A DNA stretch of 64,000 nucleotides from Octopus vulgaris (lineage: Eukaryota): NCBI GenBank assembly GCA_951406725.2, contig OX597814.1, forward strand, positions 17,422,001 to 17,486,000, given 5' to 3'. Shown in pieces: positions 1 to 13,136 of the stretch (position 1 is the stretch's first letter; every line of letters begins with the position of its first letter). The translations under genes were made by a program, and so were the position numbers. Below the pieces are notes generated by a model, which was given only the letters and a program-made list of their open reading frames with translations, was not told where the DNA came from and did not search any database.

Positions 1-610
1 ACTACAAAAGTTGACCACCTGACACTTTGTAGACACTTTCTTTGTTTGTAATTTATTTATTTATTGCTGTCTAACTCTTAGTACTTGGTCTCATGTTATC
101 AAAACAAAAACAAACTGCTGATCATTGACAGATAAACAAAAGCAGATAACAAAATAATTTCACTTTTAAAAACTCGAATGGACTTTGTAATTAAATTTCA
201 ATTAAAAGCAATACGTAAGTTTTAATATTTATTCAACTTTCAGGATTTTTGTTTAATAATGAGCAATACATAGTTGAAAGTGTATGATATATATATATAT
301 AATTTCAGCAAAACAATTTAGATTCAAAAGAATATGGTACTTAACCTAGATGCACCAGAATTTTTTTATGGTATTAACCATAAAATTATGTGGGGTGATT
401 ATAACCAAAAAATAAGCAACAAGAATGGATCAGTAGTTTAGTACAATTGTAATATTACAGCAATTATAATGTCAAGTACTCTTCAGCTAAATTTCATATA
501 GGTTTTCCAAACATCTTAGAGAGAGTAAATATCCTTATAAAGTTATAGAAGTGAGTTCCAGGAGCTTGAAGTAAGATTCCAAGCAGACTATATATAGTAT
601 ATATATATAT

Positions 611-826
611 TCTTTTACTTGTTTCAGTCATCTGACTGCGGCCGTGCTGGAGCACCGCCTTGAAGGGTTTTAATCGAACAGATCATCCTCATGTCATTTT
701 TCAAAACCTAGTACTTATTCTATCACTCTCTTACCCGAACTGCTAGGGTACGGGGATGTAAACAGGCCAACACTGGTTGTCAAGAGATGATGGGGGAACA
801 AACACAGACACACACACACGCACACA
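611..826 (-). mobile_element. tRNA-derived SINE family A, 3' half (diverged)
   Basis: Reverse complement of the tail (GGCGGTGCTCCAGCATGGCCGCAGTC...TGAAACAAGTAAAAGA) seen in full copies at 4987 and 61345. Confidence 0.8.
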
Positions 827-832
827 TATGGA

Positions 833-1262
833 GTTTATATCCATTCTAAAGAAGAAAACGATGGAGATACGGAAATAAATAATTGCTTCTTATTAACAAA
901 TTGGCTATCTTCGCTTTTCTTTGTTCTTTTTTCCCTTTTGCGATCCCTTTTGATCGAAAACCTACGCCACCCTTTTTTTTCTTTTTTTTTCATCCCCCAA
1001 AAGAAAAGCTCTACCTTGTAACTTGTCCCATCTGTGTGCAGCCCTGTGTGGCCAATAAAGAAACTTATCTTCGCTTCTTACAGCCATTTCAATTAATACT
1101 CAACAATTTGATTATTAATTTAATAAACAAATTTTTAATTATGCTATTTAGCATTAATTGAAACGGCTGTAAGGACAGAAGATGACCAATTTGTTAGAAA
1201 TAAACGATTATTAACTTCCATACCTCAATTTTCTTTCCTTCTTTTAAATGGATATAAACATT
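833..1262. mobile_element. Fold-back/palindromic MITE-like element interrupted by a LINE tail
   Basis: Ends GTTTATATCCATT / AATGGATATAAAC are inverted; internal inverted arms CTTACAGCCATTTCAATTAAT / ATTAATTGAAACGGCTGTAAG. Confidence 0.55.
917..1065 (+). mobile_element. 5'-truncated Tx1-like LINE 3' tail with 11-bp TSD
   Basis: TSD TATCTTCGCTT at 906-916 and 1066-1076; nearly identical to 22930-23095; homologous to the tail of the ORF-bearing copy at 24088-24620. Confidence 0.75.
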
Positions 1263-1614
1263 ATGCTTAATATATATCTATTGTGTTAAAGGAATTTAAT
1301 TCCCCCAAAATACAAGGTAATGAACCAGTATTTTCTTTGATGCAACAATCCCTTCACGAGGTTAACATATCCTCTAATTATATATATATACATGATAGGA
1401 TTCTTTCAGTTTCCGTCTCACAAGCTCTTGGTCGGACCGAGGCTGCTGTAGAATGCACTTGCTCAAAGTACCAAGCATCAAGACCGAATTCGGAACCATG
1501 TGGTTGGAAAACAAGCTTTTTACCACACAGCTACGCTCACGCATATATATATATATATATATATCGGAATCTGAGTTTTTGAAAATGGAGGCGAACACCT
1601 TTCTCCATGCGATC

Positions 1615-1681
1615 GGCTTGAAAAATTGTTAAGACGCTAGGATATTTTCCTACTTTTCTTAACCTGAAACCAATAGTAGCC
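1615..1681 (+). ncRNA. Candidate type I hammerhead ribozyme, U3-A8 core variant, in a PLE-like terminal remnant (~1565-1760)
   Basis: ggc|TTGAAAA|att GTTAAGA..TCTTAAC ct|GAA|ACCAATAGT|A|gcc; followed by AATAAA and ending in (TA)n. Confidence 0.5.
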
Positions 1682-1772
1682 TTACTTCACAAATAAAGAA
1701 ATTATATCCAGTAATGAGGTGCTGAATACTCATTTTTATCGTTCGACATTTACGTGCATATATATATATATA

Positions 1773-2253
1773 GTGACTGTTGGCCGAAATCTGCCTTTCA
1801 GCTCCTGACCCTCGTCGTGTTAACATCGCTGTTTTCGTCCGCCGCTATAAAGGCTTTTTCCATTGCGCCAGAGAAAAAATTTGTTTGCTTGTTATCAGTC
1901 GTAAGACACTGTTGTTTTCACCGGTAATGCTTCTGTATTTCATGTTTCTGTATTCCATTATTGTTTTTTGTTTTTTTTATATCTGTCCCTTTTGCTGTCC
2001 TGGTGTTCGTATGCATTCGATCCTTCTTCCAGGAAATCTACGCTTCCAGCTTAGTTTTTCTAATGCTCGTTGCTTAGTTTTTCTTGGAGGGCTGGCCGTG
2101 ATCTAGTAATCTCAAGATTAATCAGCCGAAATTACTACGATGATCCGGTTCTTGACTGAAGACTGAGGGTTTCGAATGTCCTGTCCGTGTTTATTGTATC
2201 GTCTTCTAAGAGTTATACGTTCTTGTCCATGTTGTATTTTTCTACATACCTTA
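1773..2253 (+). mobile_element. Non-coding repeat remnant in (TA)n, probably a PLE terminal repeat
   Basis: Flanked by (TA)n; 2120-2250 matches 25992-26126 on the minus strand. Confidence 0.45.
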
Positions 2254-2962
2254 ATATATATATATATATATATATATAGGCACAAATATACCAAGATCAG
2301 CTCGCAGCGCCACCTACTCACTCTGTAGGATGCCAGGATTTTGGAGTAGTTACCTCGGCTTCAGTCACAGAAACTGGAAAGAGTGTGCTGCGAGCTTGTA
2401 AGAGAGATTGTCTCTCTCATGACATTCCAGTCACTGTACAGCGGTCTTTCGTAAATAAATTGCGGGTTGGCAGAACGAAACAGTGCTGTGTATAAACAAA
2501 AGATTTATTACCAGTTCAAATATGTTTAAGGCATATTCGAACTCGCAAGAAAGTCATTCACCGTATTTTCTTATGGAGAAATTTTCTTGCTGTACAAAAA
2601 TTGCGTAAATAAACCAAAATCTACCCAGTCATTGTATGATGACGGCAATATCAAGTGGAGTGATCTCGCACATCAGCACGCAGTACATCCTATCCGGTTT
2701 ATGCGTCTGAAGAGGCGATAACCACTACGAAATGCTTGCACCTTAACACTTCCTTCAACACTCCTCCAGCTACATGAACACAGCACATTGTTTTGTTTAC
2801 ACATATAATATCCACTTTCCAGCACAACATTATGCTACTAATGGACACATGCCTTCGCAAGAACCCGTACAAACGAGCACAGAACCCGTACAAACCTCAC
2901 AGACGATCAGCCATTGACTTCATACGACACAGCAGTATTCGTACCAAATACACGAATATATT

Positions 2963-2998
<36 letters not shown>

Positions 2999-3111
2999 TA
3001 CACGCGCGCGCGCACACAATATTACGAACACGTGTTTTGCATCCGCACACATATCCCCACAACAGACACATAACAAACCACTTTCATGAAGTCTTTAACT
3101 CATGCACAAAT

Positions 3112-3457
3112 AAAGGGGTAAAGACCCCCTTCGGTCATGAATGACCATGGGATTGCACCTAGAAAATTACCCTCCTAGACACAAGTCCGGGCAAGGTTGT
3201 TTATGGAAGACCAGCAGTCGCCCATGCATACCGGCCTCCCCTCTCCACGCCACCAGTGTTATCCAAGGGAAAGACAAAGGCCGATACAGCTTGGCACCAG
3301 TGACGTCGCAACTCGTTGTTTCTACAGTTGAGTGAACTGGAGCAACGTGAAATAAAGTGCCTTGCTCAAGAACACAACACGCAGCCCGGTCCGGGATTCG
3401 AGCTCACAACCTCACGATCGTAAGCTCGACGCTCTAACCACTGAGCCATGCGCCTTC
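3112..3457 (-). mobile_element. tRNA-derived SINE group B head/body with an alternative 3' tail
   Basis: A-box TGGCTCAGTGG, B-box-like GAGCTCGAATCC, TTGAGCAAGGCACTTTATTTCACGTTGCTCCAG body shared with 9554. Confidence 0.8.
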
Positions 3458-4139
3458 ACTCAAATACACAAATGCACAAATACACAGCACAATAATGAAC
3501 TCGCTCGCACACTGACTGCTCTTCTGTGTCCCTCACACGCACACGAACATACACACACACATACACACATACACATACACACACACACCGAGACGTAAAT
3601 TACATGCTATAACAACCAACCAATGTCAACTGTTATAATAGTAGTGCTGATGCTGGTGGTGCCGGTGGTGATGGTGTTGTTGGTGACGGTGCTGGTGGGA
3701 CTGTTGTGGATGACTTGGTGGTGCTGGTGCTGGTGCCGGTGCTAGTTGGATTAAGGCTCTACAGGTTAAGCTTGGCGTATTAACAATGGAGTAACACAGA
3801 TTTTACACTTCACTTGTGCTTGGGCCTCCCTCAAACATATACCATATTAAATAAGCATGGTCTTGTATTTTGAGTGAGGAGACTATCTTTACGATAGTGT
3901 GTTAGTGCTTCTACATATATATTGATGTATAAATCTGTGTGAGTTATTGTTATTGTTTACAAGCAATATTTACATTCAAGGAACTAAGTAAAATGAACTT
4001 ATTACCTTAACCCGAATTATTACTTCGTACGTTGAATATAATTCTAAATTACACTATTGAGTTAATCGATATTCTATGTCCTTCTCCATGGACAATCTTA
4101 AGACGGTGCTATTTAGTGGAGTGTATAATTCTTCATCCA

Positions 4140-4270
4140 TAAATACATACATACATAAGTATATTATATGCGTATACACACACACATACACACACACACA
4201 CATACACACACATATATACATATACACACATATATATATATATATATACACACACACATACACACAAACA

Positions 4271-4360
<90 letters not shown>
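4140..4360. repeat. Compound (CA)n/(TA)n microsatellite
   Basis: Seen directly. Confidence 0.95.
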
Positions 4361-4362
<2 letters not shown>

Positions 4363-4907
4363 TGGATACACACGCCCGTACGCCCGCACAATACACACCA
4401 CATATCCCAGTTTAGAGTATTCTGTAGGCATGCTGGCACGTATTTAAATGCAATACATCCGCCAAGTCAAGTTAATGATTATATTCTCCAACAATTATTT
4501 GATATTTTTCTCCGAACTGATATTTCTTTTAAAATATCTAAACTGGTGTATATAATTTTCTGTGCTATTATTTGTATAGTTTCTTGCTTGATACACTTCG
4601 TTGCTTGGGGAAGGGGCCACCCCTCCTAACTAAAATTTGTTCTATATTTGGAATCAGGCTAACCCCAGGAGTATTTCTATATTTCTGTGGTCCATTGTCC
4701 TGCTGTGCAAATCCAGTCCACCCTAAAGCACTTTTACTTCTATTTATCAGCAAAATGTGATTTCAGAAATATGAAAATAGAAACAGAAGTATAAAAAGCA
4801 AACAAACTGGGTTTTGGTTGCTGAACTATATTTAACCTATTCAAAATTATTTATAAAATCCAGTCAGAATAATTATCATTTTGACACTCTTTTAACATTT
4901 ACATATA

Positions 4908-5539
4908 CGAGTGTGTGTTCAAAAGTTCCTGCCTTTGGGTAAAAATATCCAGGAGGATCAGTTAATTATGATTATATTCAACATATAGGCGCAGGAGTGG
5001 CTGTGTGGTATGTAGCTTGCCTACCAACCACATGGTTCCGGGTTCAGTCCCACTGCGTGGCATCTTGGGCAAGTGTCGTCTGCTATAGCCCCGGGCCGAC
5101 CAATGCCTTGTGAGTGGATTTGGTAGACGGAAACTGAAAGAAGCCTGTCGTATATATGTATATATATATGTGTGTGTATATGTTTGTGTGTCTCTGTTTG
5201 TCCCTCTAGCATTGCTTGACAACCGATGCTGGTGTGTTTACGTCCCCGTAACTTAGCGGTTCGGCAAAAGAGACCGATAGAATAAGTACTGGGCTTACAA
5301 AGAATAAGTCCCGGGGTCGATTTGCTCGACTAAAGGCGGTGCTCCAGCATGGCCGCAGTCAAATGACTGAAACAAGTAAAGAGTATAGAGTAAAGAGTAT
5401 ATTTCCTCCTCAGATTCACACTCTTATTGCAGCGCACATTTAGTTTTTTTTCTAAACCCTGTAAAAGAACTGGAAAGTTTGGGCCTCCAGCCAAGCCTTT
5501 CGCGATACCCTTAAAGCCAGGAACTTTTCAGCACCCCCT
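4908..5539. mobile_element. Mariner-type MITE carrying a nested SINE
   Basis: TA|CGAG..AAAAGTTCCTG left end and CAGGAACTTTTCAGCACCCCC right end; internal sequence matches the uninterrupted copy at 61793-61961. Confidence 0.7.
4987..5398 (+). mobile_element. Full-length tRNA-derived SINE family A
   Basis: Head GGCGCAGGAGTGGCTGTGTGG (A-box), GGTTCAGTCCC (B-box-like), CTTGGGCAAG core motif, internal (TA)(TG) microsatellite, short-repeat tail; more than 10 copies in the window. Confidence 0.9.
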
Positions 5540-5545
5540 TTTTTT

Positions 5546-6002
<457 letters not shown>

Positions 6003-6394
6003 ATTCTTAGTAAGATATTCTTCATATTGGTTTCAGATTAGATACCTGTGAGTAGTAATTGTAATTGCTTAGATCCTTTCATTCTTGAAGAAATCCATGG
6101 CACATGAAGTGATAGCCAGTTTCTTTATCTTGTTTTCATTCACCTAGATGTAAATTTCCTATTATTATATACCACGAGCCAACATAATCCTAATCAAGAT
6201 TAGAATTTCTAAGCTTTAAATAATTATATTTAGTTTCACTGCGGTGATGATAGAAAAGTTGTACACGTTACACGTAGGCATGACTGTGTAACTAAGAAGC
6301 TAGCTTTGCAGCCGTGTATCAGCATGGATGGAGTCCAATGATTGAAACAAAATTCCTGAAACTGTATAATAAAAAGAAAAATAATTAAGCATTT

Positions 6395-6632
<238 letters not shown>

Positions 6633-6651
6633 ACACAATACATGTCTTTAA

Positions 6652-6706
6652 GTGCTGCTAATAGTTTCATATGTTGAGAAATATATCAAACGTATTCATC
6701 AGGCAC
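6652..6706 (-). ncRNA. Type I hammerhead motif, canonical CUGAUGA but U16.1 mutated to C (probably inactive copy)
   Basis: rc: gtgc|CTGATGA|atacgtttga..tcaacatat|GAA|ACTATTAGC|A|gcac; ~25 nt from a (TA)n junction. Confidence 0.6.
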
Positions 6707-6933
6707 AAACCACATATCATAACGAACTAAGAAAAAATTGAATAAGAAAGAAGACGCGAAAAAGCTGAGAAAAAGGCAGCAAAGAGAAAACGCAGAAGGT
6801 TAAAAAAAACGGGAAACGAAAACACAAAAGCTAAAATGTTTAAAACTAATTGAATTTGTACTCTACAAAGTACAGAGTACAGCATGTTAGTGTAAAATTG
6901 TAACTAAACATGAAAAAAAAAACATATATATAT

Positions 6934-6965
<32 letters not shown>

Positions 6966-6972
<7 letters not shown>

Positions 6973-7655
6973 CTTTATTCACCATAAGGTTGAGAAAAAG
7001 AGGGGACAATACGGGGACAGACAAAACAAGCGTTGGGGTCAGGGTATCGAATGAGACGAAACGTATGAATAAACAAACAATTAAGATACATACAATTAAA
7101 TGAGAATGAGTAATTAACAAAAAATGAAGCGGAGGACACGGTTGACCCCACAAACCACATACTCACACTGAAGACTTTGCTTTCTCCTTTTTTAGATTCT
7201 CGATTAAACAGGTTCTTTCACTCGCAACATACTTGCTATAGACTTCCATCTTTTACGAAACACATTTTGCGACAGACATTTCTTCTCCAGCATTATTTTC
7301 CGTTTCGTGTGGAAAACGAAAATGTCGATCAGCTCGAGACTGGAGATAAACATGCCTGTTGCAATTACTTTCACTCTCGTCTTCCATACTACCTCTTTCT
7401 CAGCAGCAATCACCGAGAGAAGACAGGCTGCTCGCTCCTCCCTATTCAGGGAGGTCGGCGGAACGATCTTAATTACAGATTCGCTTGACAGTTGTACTCT
7501 TCTCGAATGCGACAGCAGGTGTTCGACACAAGCCCAGAGTTCAGTCACCCTGGGGCATTGCAGATAGAGCAGCTGACGTGACTTTGTTGCGAGAATTTTC
7601 CTTTCGACACAAATAGTACCGACGTTAGTTACACTGCGTGACAGTGACTTCTTCT
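6966..7655 (-). mobile_element. Tx1/L1-clade LINE 3' fragment (ORF2 C-terminus plus 3'UTR)
   Basis: QCPRVTELWACVEHLL..KIVPPTSLNREE..KEVVWKTR..KRK matches the ORF2 end at 56350-56700; ends AATAAAGAAA before (TC)n. Confidence 0.75.
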
Positions 7656-7786
7656 CTAATCTCTCGTATATACATATATATATATATATATATATAGTTA
7701 ATCCAAACAAGAAAGCACAAAAAAACACAACAACGCGAGGACGTGGAACAAATATAGTATTATTGGACGCTCAGGAAAGAAGGAGG

Positions 7787-7821
7787 ATTTAACGTTTCGA
7801 GCGGAGCTCTTCGTCGGAAAC
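7787..7821 (-). ncRNA. Minimal type I hammerhead (U4C core) in a PLE terminal-repeat remnant (~7696-7890)
   Basis: rc: gttt|CCGACGA|a GAGC tcc GCTC|GAA|ACGT|T|aaat; downstream TTTCCTGAGCG shared with the PLE end at 21075. Confidence 0.65.
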
Positions 7822-7887
7822 ATAGGAGAAGGAAAGATCCAGAGAAGGGAAGACAGAGGAAAAAAATCGCCAACGGTACACACGAGG

Positions 7888-7927
<40 letters not shown>

Positions 7928-7929
<2 letters not shown>

Positions 7930-8315
7930 TCTTTTACTTGTTTCAGTCATTTGACTGTGGCCATGCAAGAGCACCGCCTTTAGCCGAAGAAATCGACCCC
8001 AGGACTTATTATTTGTAAGCCTAGTACTTCTTCTATCAGATTCTTTTGCCGAACCACTAAGTTACGATGACGTAAACATACTAGCGTCGGTTACCAAGCG
8101 ATGTTGGGAGATAAACACACACACACAAACATACGCATACTCATAGATATATTATACATATATACAACGGACTTCTTTCAGTTTCCGTCTACCAAATCCA
8201 CTCACAAGGCCCGAGGCTATAGTAGAAGACACTTAACCAAGGTGCCCCGCAGTGGGACTGAACCCAGAACCATGTGGTTCGTAAGCAAGCTACTTACCAC
8301 ACAGCCACTCCTGCG

Positions 8316-8318
<3 letters not shown>
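7928..8318 (-). mobile_element. SINE family A
   Basis: Homology to the 4987 copy. Confidence 0.85.
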
Positions 8319-8401
<83 letters not shown>

Positions 8402-8974
8402 CATATGGTGGGAGGATGTCTATGTTTGCTCCCCAACACCTATTGACAACCAGTGTTCGTGTGTATACGTCACCGAAACCTAGCAGCTCGGCAAACAAGA
8501 TCGATAGAATAAGTGCCTGTACTAACGTTGATCCGTTCGACTAATATTCTTCAAGGTAGAGTTCCAGCACGGCAGCAGTCGAATGACTTGAAACAATAAA
8601 GGTTAATTGTTATACATACACAAGCACATCCATACTTACATAGATACATACATACGCATGCTCATGATTGTACTAAAGACTCATATATAAAGGTGTATGT
8701 GTGTGTATATAACAATGAATGTGGAATGATCATGATTTACGCCATAAGTTTCGTTAGATAGCACTTTTTTTACTATGATGTGCTTGCACTGAGAGTGGCA
8801 CTTATGATAGGAACAGCAGTTATCTAATGAACAAGATTACGTAACTCTTTTGTGACTGGTTAATTGATATTCCGCTCTGTACTAGAATACTGCTGCCTCC
8901 TTTGATCTCCGCTCACCAAACATTCCGAGACTTGAGTCACCCCAGTGAGCATTCAATGAAAAAATAAAATGAAA

Positions 8975-9370
8975 GACATGTCTGGTCTTGATTATTGGGA
9001 CTGTGACAAACTGTTGAGTATTTATTCTGCCTAGCACCACTGTGAGCGCTACATCCTTTGCAGAATGTGCGGAATATACCATCAACATTACTCAAACGAG
9101 CTTAACATTAGATTCAGAATACATCTAAACGTGGGGTCACATGCTATGCGCTCCAATACAATTCAGGTTCAAAATACATATATTCATTGTAACACATTTT
9201 CTTTTCTTAAACAGGCCCTACTCTATTTAACATTACCGAAAAAAATATCAAAAACGAAAAAGATCCCATCACCTTCAAACGAATATTGAAGAAATTTTTT
9301 CAAGGGATCCCAGATAAGTTTCCTATATCTAAATACATTTCTGTCAATAATAACTTCGTACATGAATGAG
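8975..9370 (+). mobile_element. Decayed CR1-group LINE ORF2 3' end
   Basis: Frame fragments SGLDYWD..LLSIYS..ERYIL and GPTLFN..FKRILKKF..IPDK resemble the conserved C-terminus of CR1-group ORF2; contains stops and frameshifts. Confidence 0.55.
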
Positions 9371-9553
9371 CCAAGATATCACAAAACTTGACTTTAAAAT
9401 GTTTTAACAGATCCTATCAAGTGATGCTATGAAGTTAGATGTGGCCTGGGGCAAACTTTGGCCGAAACATTGTCTAAGTAAAATTATCTATGTAAGCACT
9501 CCTCAAATCTGAGGAGTGTATACCAGATAGCTATGTTATAATTCTCACAGAGT

Positions 9554-9875
9554 GAGGGCGCGTGGCTTAGTGGTTAGGCCATTCGGCTCATGATCGTAAG
9601 GTTGTGAGTTCGATTCCCGGCGACGCGTTGTGTCCTTGAGCAAGACACTTTATTTCACGTTGCTCCAGTCCACTCAGCTGGCAAAAATGAGTTGTACTTG
9701 TATTTCAAAGGGTCAGCCTTGTCACTCTCTGTGTCACGCTGATTATCCCCGAGAACTACGTTAAGGGTACACGTGTCTGTGGAATGCTCAGCCATTTGCA
9801 CGTTAATTTCACGAGCAAGCTGTTCCGTTGATCGTATCAGCTGGGACCCTCGTCGTCGTAACCGGCGGAGTCTTT
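9554..9875 (+). mobile_element. Young full-length tRNA-derived SINE group B
   Basis: A-box TGGCTTAGTGG, B-box GAGTTCGATTCC, CCTTGAGCAAGACACT motif; 14-bp TSD AATTCTCACAGAGT (9540-9553, 9876-9889). Confidence 0.9.
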
Positions 9876-10021
9876 AATTCTCACAGAGTAAACATCAATT
9901 TTAAGGAAGGAAGAGAGAAGTCACATTAATGTTGTGTATGTTTCGATGAACAACTATATTTTATTTCATATTGCAAGTTAAAATCAAGGTCGATTGTGAG
10001 ATAGAATAGAAATGTTGAAGG

Positions 10022-11502
10022 AGTGATGTCACTACTGTTAATATATCATCTGTGGATAAAATTTTAAATTGATGATATCAACAGTAGTAACATGGATGAT
10101 CTGCAGGCAAATAGCATTATTTAGCTATAACTTACAAATTTGCAGGAAGCGTAAGGATGTACAAAAGCATACACCTGCTAGAAATAAGAGCTAAAAGTTT
10201 TAATTAAACCACCGTACAGCACCAAGATAACACAGAAATAACGGTAGGCGAGGAAATGGAAAGAATTAATACATTCAAAAGCACAACTATGAAAGATAAC
10301 GCAGTTTAGGACATCCACATACCCGGGTTTCGGCTTTTGGAAATTTAATCCTTAAGGCTCCTTCAGTGTGGACTACCGAGTAAAAATTCAAGGCCGTCAC
10401 ATTAAACTGCGCTAGTGTACTGGTTTTGTTTTGCACCCAAAACACAGTATTTAGTGGAGAAATATTTATGAAAAAAAACATTCAAACACTGAGATTTTAA
10501 ATAAGATGTTACTACTGTAAATATCATCAGTGAATAAAATTTAAAACTGACGGTATCAACAGCAGTAACATAGGTGGTCCGCAAGCAAATAGCTTTATTT
10601 AGCTATGAATTATAAATTTGCACGAAGCGTAAGGATTCATAAAAGCATACACCTGCTACAAATATATATATATATATATATATAAATATATATATATACA
10701 TATATATAGCGTTTAATAAATGTTTTGCACCAAAAACAAATATATATATATATATATATAGTGTAATAAATAAAATATATGCATACATACAAACATATAT
10801 GTACGTACCGACATCTACATGTATATATACATGCATATATAAATATATATATATACGTACAGGACATCACAAGAAGACGAAAAAATCAACAGAACGAAAA
10901 CGGAGAAGACATTTTGTTACAACAGAAGGACAGAGACGTGGAACAAGACGAAACGAAAACGTAAACGGGAAAAACAATTATGTGCAGCAGAAAAACGAAG
11001 TACAGGACATGCTACACAAGGAAAAATCCCCTTCATCAGCTGTCGCTAGCAGACACGTGTTTCGAAGGCAGAGACAGAACACGTAAGGTCAAGCTAGGCC
11101 TTCCTACGAGGGAATTAAAATAAAATAAACTCGTAGAGGGGTAAACGAGCAAGAAAAAATGTAACACAAAAAGGGACGTAACAAAGAACTGCACAAAAAA
11201 ATACATACAAGAAAAAAATAATACAAAATTAAAGATACATATACACGAAAATACATAACGAGAATTAAATTACAATACGAGAAATCAAAAATAAACAAGA
11301 GAACAAACGAAAAAGACGAACGGAGGCCTTTGTTCTGGCTGGGACGAGAGGGTAACTGGCGAGCGCGAGGAAACATGACCTTAGGGCCTGAATGCAACAG
11401 GCGGAAAGGTTTAGCAGTGACGAAAGTGAGGAGGAGTAGGAGAGAGAGAGAGAGACAGATAGAGGAAGACACAGGCTACAGAGAAGGGTGAGGTAGAGAG
11501 AG

Positions 11503-11537
<35 letters not shown>

Positions 11538-11815
11538 AAGTTAAAGCAAAGGGAGAGAGTTTCGCATCATTGTAGTAAACTGTAAAAACGGACAAGGAGG
11601 AAGGAGACGGAACGAAGTGAGAATTCGAAAAATCGAAAATTCAAACGAAATCGACGCGAAGCGCTGTCAGACAATAGTGTAATAAATAAAATATATGCAT
11701 ACATACATACATATATGTACGTACCGACATCTACATGTATATATACATGCATATATAAATATATATATATACGTACAGGACATCACAAGAAGACGAAAAT
11801 ATCAACAGAACGAAA

Positions 11816-11854
<39 letters not shown>

Positions 11855-12030
11855 AATATTTTGCGTAATAAGATAAAAGTATTTGCAGGAAGCGTAAGGA
11901 TGCACAAAAGCATACACCTGCTAGAAATAAGAGCTAAAATTCTTAATTAAACCACCGTAGAGCATCAAGATAACACAGAAATAACAGTAGGCGAGGAAAC
12001 GGAAAGAATCCATACATTCAAAAGCACAAG
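10022..12030. repeat. Local direct duplications
   Basis: 10022-10180 resembles 10503-10660; 10140-10285 resembles 11882-12028; 10759-10905 is nearly identical to 11674-11820. Confidence 0.8.
10857..11673 (-). mobile_element. Non-autonomous PLE-like remnant
   Basis: T/C-rich strand ending at (TA)n, duplicated terminus, and GAAAC-ACGT-GTC and CTGATGA motifs at 11028-11070. Confidence 0.45.
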
Positions 12031-12161
12031 TATAAGATTTAAAAAAAACCAAGGCTGTATAGATAATAGAGCATTTATAGGTCTCATAGCACTTATTCAG
12101 CATTACCTGACACCTTTGGGTCTCGATGACACCATTATCTCTTATAACCTCAACTTCTTGC

Positions 12162-12216
<55 letters not shown>

Positions 12217-12460
12217 CATATACATATACATACATATACATGCATAAATATATACATATATATATGCATATATATATACATATACATACATACATACATA
12301 AATATATACATATATACATATGCATATACATACGTATAGATATATAGACATATATATGTCTAACATACTTGTGATACTTACTGGTACGTAGTAACCTAAT
12401 CATTTCTGCTTCTATTATGTAGATTTAAGTGTATATACGTTCATGCATCTATGCATAATA

Positions 12461-12492
<32 letters not shown>

Positions 12493-12985
12493 CTCTCTCT
12501 CTTCCTTTCTTTCTTTCTCTCTCCGAAGAAAAAGGACACATGTCCGAAATGATATATTTATTAGTCCACGGGACAAATCAAATCATTGTATCTATTATCA
12601 AAATCATATTGTTTTATTTTTTTCTGTAATCTGCTGTAGAAGTTTAACTGCATTTCATACATGAATGACGTACCTATTAACAATAGCTAAAAGATTAAAC
12701 AATCTGGGGCAAAACTACAATTTCTGTATTCAACATATGTATACCAATGACCTATTCACGCTGAAACAAAAAGTCTTTTTGAGGAAATTAGTTAAACAAT
12801 TCAAAAGCTTATTTGGTATATCTAATTGCCAAAGCTAGGTGAGTGATGACTGACCTATATATCATAAATGTATTTCAGTGGTTTAAATAATGAAACAATA
12901 CAAAATCTTTTCAGAATACAAACATCTGACATTTTGTCTGTCTGCTTAATATTTCTTTTATTATATTCAAAGAATGAAAAAAGAA

Positions 12986-13025
<40 letters not shown>

Positions 13026-13093
13026 CAATCATCTGTGAAGATGGAGCAATCACCATATGTATGTTTGTTCGTATATATATATGTGTGTGAGTG

Positions 13094-13136
<43 letters not shown>

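Noticed and set aside
428-488. Hammerhead-like CTGAAGA..gtac/gtac..TAAAC on the minus strand
   Set aside because: G12 is missing and stems I and III are unconvincing; at best a dead relic
2700-2745. CTGAAGA..CGAAATGC hammerhead-like motif
   Set aside because: No coherent stem II and no valid NUH with a closing stem I
4568-4760. Possible host exon (also 38110-38400 and 41218-41400)
   Set aside because: No recognisable domain, and splice pairs cannot be supported without transcript data
9554-9625. tRNA genes at SINE heads (also 3390-3457, 31132-31200, 52895)
   Set aside because: A and B boxes are present but continue into SINE bodies with TSDs; no proper acceptor stem
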